Virus record (IMG/VR): IMGVR_UViG_3300044632_001003
Span: 62,001 to 126,000 of that record
Reading direction: 5' to 3' (one strand)
DNA: 64,000 nucleotides
This document shows, one piece after another, positions 15,010 through 24,362 of the stretch. Below the pieces are notes generated by a model. That model ran no database searches. It was not told where the DNA came from and worked only from the letters and a program-made list of their open reading frames with translations. The position numbers and the translations under genes were made by a program. Position 1 is the stretch's first letter. Every line of letters begins with the position of its first letter.

Positions 15010-15302
15010 CTTCTCCTACAACTTCCAGATAATTATAACCAATCACTTGGCGTCCTTGATGAGTTGCAGTATCAATCTTTACACCCTCACTTTCAAGTTT
15101 TTCCAGGCGACGATTTGTAGCAGTATTCAGTTTAGTAGTCCAATAGGTCATTAAATTTCTCCTTTCTTATTGTATTCTATCATAGAACGTCGTGCAGCGT
15201 AAGCCTCAAATTCTGATGGGAATGATGCAATGGTTCGACCATTATCTGCCCAGTGCAAATACCAACGGTTTGCAAATTGTTTAATAAGAATTGGTTTGTC
15301 CA

Positions 15303-15500
15303 TCATTCTTCGGGGTAGAGTTTCCAACCATCAGGGCGGATGCCCATTTCTTCACAACGAACCTCATAAACAATCCGCTTCAGAAGTTGAAGAGGCATTT
15401 CATTCTCAATCTTTTTCTGAATGGTGCGGCGCAGTTGGGCGTCCTGGGTGGTGTCGGTGACCATTGCGGTTCCCTTGATTACCTTGTAATTATAGGGCAC
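15303..15500 (-). CDS. hypothetical early protein (probable start MVTDTT)
   Basis: behind promoter 15489-15546. Confidence 0.65.
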   Translation of the reverse strand: MPYNYKVIKGTAMVTDTTQDAQLRRTIQKKIENEMPLQLLKRIVYEVRCEEMGIRPDGWKLYPEE

Positions 15501-15546
15501 TCATCAGGCGATTCGGGAAGAACTGTGCCACTTGATGATCTGTCCA
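15489..15546 (-). promoter_or_regulatory. early promoter cassette
   Basis: GTGCCACT-N6-TCTGTCCA 15525-15546; 30 bp to TATAAT. Confidence 0.65.
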
Positions 15547-15987
15547 TCCGTTCTTCTCAAACAGGTACTCCAGATATAGGGTTTCTTCTTGCTCCCGTGC
15601 CTCTATTTCGTGTGGTTGATGCCAATAGTCGTACTTTTCGACAGGTTCTTTAGAATAACACAATTTTCCGTATCGGAACCGCAGCGAACCGACTACCCAC
15701 TGTCGCAGATGGACCAGCTCATGCAAAAGAGTTTTTATATACAACTCCTCGGACATGTGGGTGTTAAGTTCAATCAGAAACTCACGTGGGCGACGTGATT
15801 CACCCACATAGTCACAATATCCATAAACCTGCTCACGACGCAGACCACGGTGAAGAATCTCCACCTCAATCTTATGACGGGGAAGAAACTTATTCAGAAA
15901 CCAAGTGGTAACGTCCTCACAGAGGAGTTTAGAATAACCGTATCCAGAATACGTGATGTAAGACATTGCCCCCAATGCAAAAACCAA
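15490..15987 (-). CDS. zincin (HExxH) metallopeptidase-like protein
   Basis: TLLHELVHLRQ and Y..QPHEIEA. Confidence 0.75.
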   Translation of the reverse strand: MVFALGAMSYITYSGYGYSKLLCEDVTTWFLNKFLPRHKIEVEILHRGLRREQVYGYCDYVGESRRPREFLIELNTHMSEELYIKTLLHELVHLRQWVVGSLRFRYGKLCYSKEPVEKYDYWHQPHEIEAREQEETLYLEYLFEKNGWTDHQVAQFFPNRLMSAL

Positions 15988-16027
15988 ATGAACGAAGAAA
16001 TGAAGATGAGTTTGTCTTTAGCAGTCA

Positions 16028-16405
16028 TCAGTTACATCCGAAAGCGGCACCTCCAAGAAACACTCCAAGTGGAACAGACCATTTATAACCATCTCCACGA
16101 CTCATGCTAGCAGCAATACCACCACCTAGAATACCACCTAAAGCAGTTTTTGTTGGATCACAATAAACACCTCTATTAGGACGATAATCGGAATTATACC
16201 GATTATACCTACCATATCCACCATTACATGGAACATTATAACGTTCGGTATTCACGTATCCCTGTTGATAGTTGCCATACCCATCATAATATCCTGGGAC
16301 ATAAACCTCACGAGTTCTGGTGCATTCCTGAAATTCAGTCACTTGCTGTGCCTGAACTGGAATGGAGAGAAAAGTAAGGGAGAGTAGTAGGAATAGTTGT
16401 TTCAT
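16028..16405 (-). CDS. secreted protein with glycine zipper
   Basis: signal peptide; GGILGGGIAA...GVFLGGA. Confidence 0.75.
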   Translation of the reverse strand: MKQLFLLLSLTFLSIPVQAQQVTEFQECTRTREVYVPGYYDGYGNYQQGYVNTERYNVPCNGGYGRYNRYNSDYRPNRGVYCDPTKTALGGILGGGIAASMSRGDGYKWSVPLGVFLGGAAFGCN

Positions 16406-16408
16406 TGC

Positions 16409-16840
16409 TCAGCGAAGATAGAGATAACCACCTGCCCAGTCGGCGTGTTGCAGCAACCACTCACGTTGCTCAATGATGCGAAGGTCGAAGCGAACACCTT
16501 TGGCAGGTGCTTTGAAACTGGCAGACTTATAGACTTCACCAGTCTTTTTATCTATAAAAGCATGAACTGAACGAGAACCAGCAGCGTTCATAATGATTTT
16601 GTGATACTTACGACCCGTTTCGGGGTAGAAGTCATAATCACAAGTACCTTCCTTCAGTTTAGCAATCTGTGCCTGATGATATTCCAGGTTATCATCACAA
16701 CGCTCATGCATACGGATGGAATAATCAATGTAGTTCTGACGCAGTGCCTCACAGAGGGCATAGGTGTGCCCCAGAACAGCAGCAGCGATGTCTTTCCGTG
16801 CCTCAGCAGCGGCGGCGTAGTCAGCGAAGGTGGTGGTCAT
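16409..16840 (-). CDS. conserved-type cyanophage early protein (GRKYHKI...HAFIDKKTGEVYKSASFKAPAKGVRF)
   Basis: start moved to MTTTFA, downstream of promoter 16862-16919. Confidence 0.8.
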   Translation of the reverse strand: MTTTFADYAAAAEARKDIAAAVLGHTYALCEALRQNYIDYSIRMHERCDDNLEYHQAQIAKLKEGTCDYDFYPETGRKYHKIIMNAAGSRSVHAFIDKKTGEVYKSASFKAPAKGVRFDLRIIEQREWLLQHADWAGGYLYLR

Positions 16841-16861
16841 TGCTTGGTTGCGTATGAACGT

Positions 16862-16919
16862 ATTATAGGGCATCCCAGAGGGGTCTGGGAGGTCAGTATG
16901 CCAGTTCTGAATCTGGCAC
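16862..16919 (-). promoter_or_regulatory. early promoter cassette
   Basis: ATGCCAGT-N6-TCTGGCAC 16898-16919; TCCCAGA/TCTGGGA hairpin in the spacer; TATAAT. Confidence 0.75.
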
Positions 16920-17058
16920 CCAGGGTTCGTCATCACCCAGGTATCCCATCCAATCTTGAGGGTCAGACTCATACATTGCGATTTCCCGCAGTTCGTCAAT
17001 CAGTTCAGACAGGTCCATAATGATCCTCAACTACTTGGGTATTATAACAGAAAGCGGA

Positions 17059-17460
17059 TCAAACCGCCAGTGCTGCAGAAGGAATCTCTACAACTTCAGG
17101 CAGTTTGCTGTCATCAAACTGGTGCATATTGTAGCAGACCCATTCGCCACCACGGAAGACATAAGCATACTCTTCACTGTTATCAGGAAGAAGATACTCG
17201 CACAGGTCAGCATCAAGGCGAGGAGGGCAATTCTCACCACGCTGAGAGTAGTATTCGGGGTGATATGCGTTCTCATAGTCATTCTTAGTCCAGCAGGAAG
17301 ACATATCACCACCGTCAATCAGTTCGGCAGCGAGTTCTTTGCTATTGTAATGCGTCTTCAGGATGCGACCCAACCATTCGGGATACGAGTCCCAATGATG
17401 ATAGCTGCTCAGAATGCTGCCATCAGAAAGTTCGATTCCGATTCTTCCGCGAGTTGCCAT
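17059..17460 (-). CDS. hypothetical early protein (MATRGRIG...YHHWDSYPEWLG)
   Basis: 133-aa track ORF. Confidence 0.8.
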   Translation of the reverse strand: MATRGRIGIELSDGSILSSYHHWDSYPEWLGRILKTHYNSKELAAELIDGGDMSSCWTKNDYENAYHPEYYSQRGENCPPRLDADLCEYLLPDNSEEYAYVFRGGEWVCYNMHQFDDSKLPEVVEIPSAALAV

Positions 17461-17483
17461 TGGGGCGTTTGTTGATTACCTTG

Positions 17484-18293
17484 TTAGTATAATGCCTCTA
17501 GCAGCGGATTCTGGGGTTCCTGTGCCACTTCCTCAACTGGCATAGCATCCTCTATGCGTTGCTTAGCAATCTCATAATATTCTTGTTCAAATTCCATCCC
17601 AATAAACTTTCGATTTAATTTAACTGCAGCAACACCAGTAGAACCAGAACCCATACAGTTATCAAGAACAATCTCACCTTCATTAGAATACGTTTTGATT
17701 AACCATTCCATTAGTGGAACAGGTTTCTGTGTGGGATGCACCTGTTGTTGAGCACTAAAGTCTCTGGAGATATTAAGAACAGACTTGGGATATCTTACAC
17801 CTTCATTACTGAAGGATTTACGTGGTTTCATACCATAACCATGGTCATTCTTGCGACCAACGTATCCCTCTGGATTCTTACTTGTTCTTGAGTACGGTTC
17901 TCCTTTTTCCATCTGTGGGTTGTACGTACCACCTGTTTCCCTGTAAAAAATTAGAACGTTCTCGTGAGTCTTCATTGGTCTGTACTTGGCAAGTCCAGGC
18001 GATCCACATTTGTTCTTGTTCCATACTAATTCGTACCTGAACCATTCTAGTTTTGAGCAGATAAGTTGTGCTGAAAAGGGTTGAGAACCAAATAGACATA
18101 TCACACCTTTAGGTTTGATGATACGCCCATATTGCTGCCACATTTGGTTAAAATCTAAAACTTCATCCCACTTGATGGAAGTAGTCCCATAAGGTGGGTC
18201 GCAGCAGATGAAATCAATAGAATTGTCTGGAATCTCTTTCATGAGTTCCAGACAGTCACCTAGTTGTAAGTCAAAGGGCATCATAACCTTCAT
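17484..18293 (-). CDS. beta-class N6A/N4C DNA methyltransferase
   Basis: CDPPYG near N-terminus; HPTQKPV; VLDNCMGSGSTG near C-terminus. Confidence 0.92.
   Translation of the reverse strand: MKVMMPFDLQLGDCLELMKEIPDNSIDFICCDPPYGTTSIKWDEVLDFNQMWQQYGRIIKPKGVICLFGSQPFSAQLICSKLEWFRYELVWNKNKCGSPGLAKYRPMKTHENVLIFYRETGGTYNPQMEKGEPYSRTSKNPEGYVGRKNDHGYGMKPRKSFSNEGVRYPKSVLNISRDFSAQQQVHPTQKPVPLMEWLIKTYSNEGEIVLDNCMGSGSTGVAAVKLNRKFIGMEFEQEYYEIAKQRIEDAMPVEEVAQEPQNPLLEALY
17486..17543 (-). promoter_or_regulatory. early promoter cassette embedded in the MTase 3' end
   Basis: GTGCCACT-TCCTCA-ACTGGCAT 17522-17543; 30 bp to TATACT. Confidence 0.75.
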
Positions 18294-18873
18294 GGGCAGT
18301 AATTTTTTTGAGAACAGATTCTTTGTAACATCCTACCAGAAAATCATACGCTTCAGCATGAGTACGCTGAACAGGAGTAGTATTAACCCGCCATTCAATC
18401 TGGAAAGGAAGATTGTTACCGTTAGAAGTGAGTTTGTTGAGAGTTTTAAGAGAAGTAAGATGAACCTCGTTAGTAACTTTATTCAATGAGATGATATAAT
18501 AATCACGATTATTATCTTTGCTGCTATGATTCTTTAAAAGTTCTTGAAACTTCTTCCAACGCTGAACATTAACTTTATCTTCGGGCAAGTCAGTCAGAGC
18601 ATACAGAATCGCTGCTTTCGAAGTAAAATTATCTGCAGCACTACCATACTTGGAAGATTTGATGTTGAGAGGATAACCAAACACCTTGACATCCCACCAG
18701 TTACGCTCTACAGGTTTCTCTACATTCTCACTACCATACTTATCAACCAACAGGTCAATGATAGTATCTTCATCATCAATGCTATTCACACGACCATCGC
18801 CATGCTTTTCACTGACAGAGATGACAATGCTGTTGAGAAACTCAACAACTTCAACAAGAATAGACGGAAACAT
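18271..18873 (-). CDS. putative type II restriction endonuclease (PD-(D/E)xK-like)
   Basis: WWDVK...NIKSS, RDYYIISLNK...NNLPFQ; coupled to the MTase; start MFPSIL downstream of promoter 18895-18952. Confidence 0.55.
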   Translation of the reverse strand: MFPSILVEVVEFLNSIVISVSEKHGDGRVNSIDDEDTIIDLLVDKYGSENVEKPVERNWWDVKVFGYPLNIKSSKYGSAADNFTSKAAILYALTDLPEDKVNVQRWKKFQELLKNHSSKDNNRDYYIISLNKVTNEVHLTSLKTLNKLTSNGNNLPFQIEWRVNTTPVQRTHAEAYDFLVGCYKESVLKKITAHEGYDAL

Positions 18874-18894
18874 CAAATTGATTAAACTATTAGT

Positions 18895-18952
18895 ATTATA
18901 CGTCTTTTTCTGTCTCTTGGATATCTTCTTGTACCACTTCCTCAACTGGCAC
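18895..18952 (-). promoter_or_regulatory. early promoter cassette embedded in the 3' end of 18896..19387
   Basis: GTACCACT-TCCTCA-ACTGGCAC 18931-18952; 30 bp to TATAAT. Confidence 0.75.
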
Positions 18953-19387
18953 ATCAACCTTGGAACTTCTCAAGGTTTTTGGCTTAGTGTATTCGACTGG
19001 AACAAAAGGTTGTTCAGGATCTTTTGTTGCTCTAATAGATGGACTAGAAGTAAATTTCTTGGTCTTTTTTGGTTGTTTTAAAAGTTTGTGGCGGAACAAT
19101 GTTTGACCAGGATTAAGCTCCTTAGGTGGTTCTGGATCTGGTTCAAATTGTTTTAAATATGTCTTTTTACTGAAGAGAAGATTCTTTTCAATTGCTTCTT
19201 CAGGAGTTGCAGGTAAATCTTCTTCTACAATTGATGATTGTTTCTGAATTTCTTCATAAACATCAACATGTGGAACATCTTCTGTCTTTTCTTCAACAGG
19301 AGCACATACAACTTCTGGTTCTGGTTGAACTACACTCTCTGGTTGTTTTTGAGATTCAGAAGAAACAAGATCAGAAAATCTTCCCAT
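18896..19387 (-). CDS. low-complexity E/P/K-rich hypothetical protein
   Basis: 163-aa track ORF. Confidence 0.7.
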   Translation of the reverse strand: MGRFSDLVSSESQKQPESVVQPEPEVVCAPVEEKTEDVPHVDVYEEIQKQSSIVEEDLPATPEEAIEKNLLFSKKTYLKQFEPDPEPPKELNPGQTLFRHKLLKQPKKTKKFTSSPSIRATKDPEQPFVPVEYTKPKTLRSSKVDVPVEEVVQEDIQETEKDV

Positions 19388-19402
19388 CGTCCTACTTTTT
19401 GA

Positions 19403-20230
19403 CTATTTATTATTCCAAACAGCAATTAGTTCATTTGCTTTCTTCCTACTAGAACCCTTGGCAGAAATGGTCCTAGTCACCTGAATTGGATAGATTTTAG
19501 CATTATTATAAAGTTCTCTTGCAACAGGAACATCGTGATTAGAAATAATGACGGTAATTCCTTTGTTTGCAAGTTGTTCTGCCAAATCTCTCAACTCAAC
19601 TTGCTGTGCATCAGTAAATCCATCCGTGGCATAATCTGTAAAGGATGCAGTTTCCGAAGCTGGAATGTATGGTGGGTCAAAATATACAGTATCACCTGCT
19701 TCTAAGTCCTCATAAAGTGACGGATCTTCAAAAGATAATGAAGTGAATCGTGTAAGTTTTTTAGTGAGGAAGAACATTCTAAAGTTCATCATCTCTTCCG
19801 ATGGGCAAGATGGTTTATCATACTTACCAAAGGGAACATTAAATTCACCTTTCTTATTATATCTCGACAGTCCATTGAAGCAGTGACGGTTCAGGTAAAT
19901 GAACAGTCGTGCCCTCTCTATAGTGTTTGTTGCCTGGTTAAAGTGCTTCCGCAACTCTAGATATGCTTCCTTAGTATTATTTTCTGGAATGAATAACTCT
20001 TCGCAATATTTGATGAAGTTATCATCCCCAGGATGAACCAAATTCTGGTAGATTGCCACCAAATCTTTATTCACATCATTCAAAATGTATTGCTCTGCTG
20101 GTGTGTTAAGGGCAACAGCAAGACTACCACCAAAGGGTTCGCAATAACGCTTTGGATATCCAATATGGGGAATAAGATGGGGCAGGACCCGTGTTTTGTT
20201 TCCTGCCCACTTCAAGAAAGTTTTGTTCAT
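19403..20230 (-). CDS. dam: Dam-family DNA adenine methyltransferase
   Basis: FLKWAGNK, YCEPFGGS, FNGLSRYNKKGEFNVPFG, VYFDPPY, ISNHD. Confidence 0.95.
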   Translation of the reverse strand: MNKTFLKWAGNKTRVLPHLIPHIGYPKRYCEPFGGSLAVALNTPAEQYILNDVNKDLVAIYQNLVHPGDDNFIKYCEELFIPENNTKEAYLELRKHFNQATNTIERARLFIYLNRHCFNGLSRYNKKGEFNVPFGKYDKPSCPSEEMMNFRMFFLTKKLTRFTSLSFEDPSLYEDLEAGDTVYFDPPYIPASETASFTDYATDGFTDAQQVELRDLAEQLANKGITVIISNHDVPVARELYNNAKIYPIQVTRTISAKGSSRKKANELIAVWNNK

Positions 20231-21150
20231 TTAATAGGGTCTTTCAATCCGTATTTTTCAAGAATGTCTTCAGAGATACACTGACTGTTTGCAGTTGTAG
20301 AAAGAGCATTATAACTCTTAATGATTCTTCTGGCAATCAAAACATCAGTATTTGGTCCAGAGATTCCTTCATACCAAACTTTTGGTTTGGACTTAGACAT
20401 TTCAAAGCAAACAAAATTCAGAACTTTTTCTCTCCTTCCGTTGATGACTTCACTTGCATTATCAAGAAATCTAATCAAGCAAGATAGTCCATACACGATA
20501 TCACCACGAACTTCACGTTTGCCTGAAACTTTATCAAAGTAGTCTTTTGCATAAGAAACTGCTCTCATAACGGTTACAAGTTCGTAATTCTTTACTGCTT
20601 GTCTCCACTGATATTCACCATTTAATTGATGTCCTTCAACATCACCAAGACTATCAACATAAACGCCACAGGCACTGAGATTGTCATTATATACAATTGC
20701 CTCTGGCAGACCAAACACATACCCTGCTCTCATTTTGTCAATGTGAGTGGGATTTTTACGTTTTGCATTTTGAGCGTGAAAGATTTCTGCTTCAATCTTT
20801 TCGCAGTCTTCATCACTTCTATTTTTGGTGTGTTCAAGCACCATACAAGGAACTTTATCAATACAACCACTCCACAGTGCCATAACTGCTTTGTGCTGCC
20901 CGTCAATCACGACGATTCTACCATCAGGACGAACGGCAACAATTAGTGGAACAAAATACCACTTGTTGAATTGACCATATGTATTAATATCACCACAAGA
21001 AAGGTCTCTTTGATAGCTTTCGGGAACTATTAACTTATAGACTTCTAGCTCTTTATACACTAGAAACTCGTTAATACTACCAGGACGAAACTTTTTTGCT
21101 TTCGATTTGAATTTATGTGCAAGCTGCACTAAAGGAACATAGTTCTTCAT
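20227..21150 (-). CDS. ParB/Srx-like (DGQH) domain protein, DUF6551-like
   Basis: YQR...PLIVAVRPDG..VVIDGQHK...EAEIF...N; coupled to dam. Confidence 0.65.
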   Translation of the reverse strand: MKNYVPLVQLAHKFKSKAKKFRPGSINEFLVYKELEVYKLIVPESYQRDLSCGDINTYGQFNKWYFVPLIVAVRPDGRIVVIDGQHKAVMALWSGCIDKVPCMVLEHTKNRSDEDCEKIEAEIFHAQNAKRKNPTHIDKMRAGYVFGLPEAIVYNDNLSACGVYVDSLGDVEGHQLNGEYQWRQAVKNYELVTVMRAVSYAKDYFDKVSGKREVRGDIVYGLSCLIRFLDNASEVINGRREKVLNFVCFEMSKSKPKVWYEGISGPNTDVLIARRIIKSYNALSTTANSQCISEDILEKYGLKDPIK

Positions 21151-21211
21151 TTAAAGACTCCATAAAGGAAGGGATTCGTAGTTTTACGACAAATTGCGGT
21201 CAGTGATATTT

Positions 21212-21246
21212 AGTATAACATAAAAAAAGAGGGTTGTCAACCCTCT
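21212..21246 (-). terminator. rho-independent terminator after cp12 overlapping a TTGACA-17-TATACT promoter for the parB-like/dam operon
   Basis: AGAGGG-TTGACAA-CCCTCT followed by a T run; the -35 lies in the loop. Confidence 0.7.
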
Positions 21247-21251
21247 AATAT

Positions 21252-21464
21252 TCAATCATCATAAACTCTACATTCCAATGCATCAGGATGTAGTTCGCAA
21301 TAGAGTTCCAATGCTGTAGGATCGTGTGAGTCTTCTGGATGATGTTCTTTATAAACTTTAAGTGCTTCTAATTCTTCTTCTGTGTGTCTTCTGGACTGCG
21401 GAGAAATTGTTGGGTCATTCAAAAGATCCACATCCTTTTGAATGTGTTGGTCGATGTTATCCAT
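21252..21464 (-). CDS. cp12: CP12 Calvin-cycle inhibitor
   Basis: DPTISPQSRRH..EEL and DPTALELYCELHPDALECRVYDD C-terminus. Confidence 0.92.
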   Translation of the reverse strand: MDNIDQHIQKDVDLLNDPTISPQSRRHTEEELEALKVYKEHHPEDSHDPTALELYCELHPDALECRVYDD

Positions 21465-21495
21465 AGTTTTGTAGCGTGATGATATATTTATTTTA

Positions 21496-21702
21496 TCATT
21501 CACTTAAAGTAGAACCTCTCCAATTCTTAGGAGCAGGAGGGTCACATTTTCCTTCAAGCGAACGAACCATAAGTTCGGTGAATTTTTCCATCTTTTCTGC
21601 AGAAACTGTTTGCGGAGCATAGGTAATTGCATCTTTTAGTGCAACAAGTTCGTCCCATTCTTCTTTTGTAAGAACTTCGGTTCCAGTTTTTGCGAGAGTC
21701 AT
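21496..21702 (-). CDS. small host-like protein upstream of cp12
   Basis: 68-aa track ORF. Confidence 0.75.
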   Translation of the reverse strand: MTLAKTGTEVLTKEEWDELVALKDAITYAPQTVSAEKMEKFTELMVRSLEGKCDPPAPKNWRGSTLSE

Positions 21703-21786
21703 AAGTTTCTTGCGATGTTACTCAATATTAGCATTTCAATACATTACTATCTAGAAACTTAATGTTTTCTTCGGGATCGGGTTACA

Positions 21787-22158
21787 TTACTTAATGAAAT
21801 CGTCAAGAGCGTCAAGGTCAGACTTGAGTTCTTTTTCTCTTTTTTGGTCGTGATAATAAGACCACAGAGCATTATGAACGTCCATAAGTTCAGACACCCA
21901 GAAACCAGCAGGATAAACACCCAGAGAATCTTGGAGACCACGATGACTAGTTCCTTCACTTTCTGCTTTACACATAATATAGCAGATAGCTTGGAGCATA
22001 TCAATCTTGTCAGACTCAGAAAGCATAAAATACTTTCCTACTGCACGTTGCTTTGCTTCTTCAGTTTCTTTCTGAAGTTTTTTGTAGGCGTCTGAATCCC
22101 ACCATTCTTGCATCCAATTTTTCTTTTCTTCAGTCATCTTTCCCAAAAATAGTTCCAA
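21787..22158 (-). CDS. hypothetical protein
   Basis: track ORF, probable start MTEEKK. Confidence 0.7.
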   Translation of the reverse strand: MELFLGKMTEEKKNWMQEWWDSDAYKKLQKETEEAKQRAVGKYFMLSESDKIDMLQAICYIMCKAESEGTSHRGLQDSLGVYPAGFWVSELMDVHNALWSYYHDQKREKELKSDLDALDDFIK

Positions 22159-22360
22159 AAAAACCAGAGTCTCCTGGTTTGCGGTTTTCTAGTTTATCTA
22201 GGAGACTATCAGTTGTTTGCAGTGACTCAATGCGAGAAATCATATCTGCAATTACAGTACAAACCATAGGACGTTCTTGACGTGCAGCGTATGCTAGAGC
22301 ATTACGCAGTGCTCCTTCTGCTTCCTTTAGGGATTCTTCAACTGATTGTGATAATGCCAT
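22130..22360 (-). CDS. hypothetical protein (MALSQSVEESLKEA)
   Basis: 76-aa track ORF. Confidence 0.75.
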   Translation of the reverse strand: MALSQSVEESLKEAEGALRNALAYAARQERPMVCTVIADMISRIESLQTTDSLLDKLENRKPGDSGFFGTIFGKDD

Positions 22361-22611
22361 TACTTAACCTCACTTTTAAATAAATTATGATAATAAAGAA
22401 TATCTGGATTCTCTAAATCTTTACAACGGGGATAATAGATGCCGTCTTTATAACAACCATCTTTTGGATCTTGTTTATCGTATTTTAACACATAATTGGG
22501 TGGTTGTCTAAAGTTACATAAGTCACCTTGTTTTTCCATAAAATTAGAAAAACACAATCCCCCTATAATCGGAGCAATTGCTTTTAGTTGCCATAACCAA
22601 AGTTCTGCCAT
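22360..22611 (-). CDS. hypothetical protein
   Basis: 83-aa track ORF. Confidence 0.65.
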   Translation of the reverse strand: MAELWLWQLKAIAPIIGGLCFSNFMEKQGDLCNFRQPPNYVLKYDKQDPKDGCYKDGIYYPRCKDLENPDILYYHNLFKSEVK

Positions 22612-23312
22612 TACTCCTTAATCCAGAAACCATCAGCAGTCATAGTCCATCCAGAAGCAACCATTTCATCATAAGTCATTGGTACTTTTTTAATAAGATA
22701 AGAACCATCACCTTGATCCACCCATTCTACTTGATCACCTTCTTTCAGATTTGCTGCTTCTAGCAAATCATCAGGAAATGATACGCAGTATATATATTCA
22801 TCAGTATCTTCATCTCTGACTTCTTCAACTGGAAGAACCCACTTTTTTACTTTATCTTCTTTTGCACCTGGAGTCCATTCATATCCACCTTCTTTACGAA
22901 TTTCCTCTATTTCTTTTTGAAGACTTGTATTTGATTTTTTATGTTCTTCTGGATAATAGTTCTCTTCCCAGAAATCATTCCAAGATTTTTGACACTCTGG
23001 TGATGGGTCATCTTTATCACAACTCAGAGGTTCTTTATTATTTACAATGGCATACTCTAGGTCACTATGACCCCAAGGACGCATACCATCATCCACACTT
23101 TCATCCTTCACTGGACGATGACCACTCAACAGTTCTAGAAGACCATAAGCACGACTAGCATGATCTTTGTAATAGTAATAATCTTCACGAACTGCTTCAC
23201 GAATCGCAGAATAAATTTCGTGAGGTGATGCTTCTCCAGAACTTAAAGCATCATGCACCCACTCTTGAAGTTTTTCAAGAGAATACTTTTTGTAATCAAG
23301 ATTGGAAGTCAT
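22611..23312 (-). CDS. modular protein with a C-terminal SpoVT/AbrB/MazE-like domain
   Basis: SFPDDLLEAANLKEGDQVEWVDQGDGSYLIKKV. Confidence 0.65.
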   Translation of the reverse strand: MTSNLDYKKYSLEKLQEWVHDALSSGEASPHEIYSAIREAVREDYYYYKDHASRAYGLLELLSGHRPVKDESVDDGMRPWGHSDLEYAIVNNKEPLSCDKDDPSPECQKSWNDFWEENYYPEEHKKSNTSLQKEIEEIRKEGGYEWTPGAKEDKVKKWVLPVEEVRDEDTDEYIYCVSFPDDLLEAANLKEGDQVEWVDQGDGSYLIKKVPMTYDEMVASGWTMTADGFWIKE

Positions 23313-23452
23313 TGAGGAAATCTTGGATCGCTTGCTCCATAATAACCTGAATTTCAGCAGAAGTCAAGCCATTCAACCACTTCCAATTTGGGTCTTCTTT
23401 GTCCCAATCCATTGAGAATGACCCATCTTCATTTTGTGTTATCTTAAGGCTA

Positions 23453-23665
23453 TCAGCACTCATCACAGTCAGTTTCCTTATGCTTTTTACGAATTTTTTT
23501 AAGTTGCTTAAGTTCTTCCTTAATCATTTTATATGCTTCTTCACTTCCAATTTTATCACCAATTTCAAGGGCAACAATAATATCTACTCGGGTTCCAAAG
23601 TGTGCGAGTGCTTTTTCAAAACAATCTAAATCATACATCGTAATTAATCCCACAACGTTCGGCAA
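23453..23665 (-). CDS. hypothetical protein
   Basis: track ORF. Confidence 0.65.
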   Translation of the reverse strand: MPNVVGLITMYDLDCFEKALAHFGTRVDIIVALEIGDKIGSEEAYKMIKEELKQLKKIRKKHKETDCDEC

Positions 23666-23876
23666 TAATATCTATACGGGCATCCAAGGAGTTTTCCATA
23701 CGATAAAGTTCGTTAGTTGTTTCTACATTTTCTTCCTCAAGACGTTTTACATCGAGAATCAGAGCATTATATTTCTCTTCCAACTCAACTAACCTATCAT
23801 AAAGGTCAAAATCCTCAAAAAATTCTTGTTTTACGGAAGGAGAAAAAAACCAATCAATAAATTTTCTAATTATCAT
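23631..23876 (-). CDS. coiled-coil hypothetical protein
   Basis: 81-aa track ORF. Confidence 0.7.
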   Translation of the reverse strand: MIIRKFIDWFFSPSVKQEFFEDFDLYDRLVELEEKYNALILDVKRLEEENVETTNELYRMENSLDARIDIIAERCGINYDV

Positions 23877-24023
23877 GATACACCTATAGATTTTAAATAA
23901 TTACTAAATGCTTTATATCTTTGCCAATGTGGCTGACCAGGAACTTTTAGTTGATGGCAGATTTCACAATAACAGAGCCAATCATACCAAGGAGTTGTAG
24001 GATCTAATACGTGATAAGGATAA

Positions 24024-24230
24024 TCAGAGTTTTCCACCTACTTCGCCTTCATAAGTTCTGGACGTAGAGAAACCTTCCTGCCGTCCTTTAAGAATAAAAC
24101 GGGTCGCTGATATACATTGGTCTTCAGTAAGAGATGTGACCAATCCTTTACCATCTTTGTCGGTAGAATCCCAGAGTCCATATCGTTTTTGTTCAATGTA
24201 GAAGGCATCATCAATTAGTTTCTTTTCCAT
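24024..24230 (-). CDS. hypothetical protein
   Basis: 68-aa track ORF ending YEGEVGGKL. Confidence 0.7.
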   Translation of the reverse strand: MEKKLIDDAFYIEQKRYGLWDSTDKDGKGLVTSLTEDQCISATRFILKGRQEGFSTSRTYEGEVGGKL

Positions 24231-24362
24231 TCTTCAACTCAGGATGGGGGGCATAAAGAGGACCATCATAGTCCTTATGAACTTCTTTAAGTGCTTGAAT
24301 CACTTCTGGAGTTTCTTCCCAACTCCATTCGTTTCCATTTTTGTCAGTGAAAGTGCGTGTTG

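Noticed and set aside
18271-18873. Assigning a recognition site (e.g. TTCGAA) to the putative REase
   Set aside because: TTCGAA occurs repeatedly in the window (e.g. 2, 2232, 3847) and there is no sequence basis for any specificity
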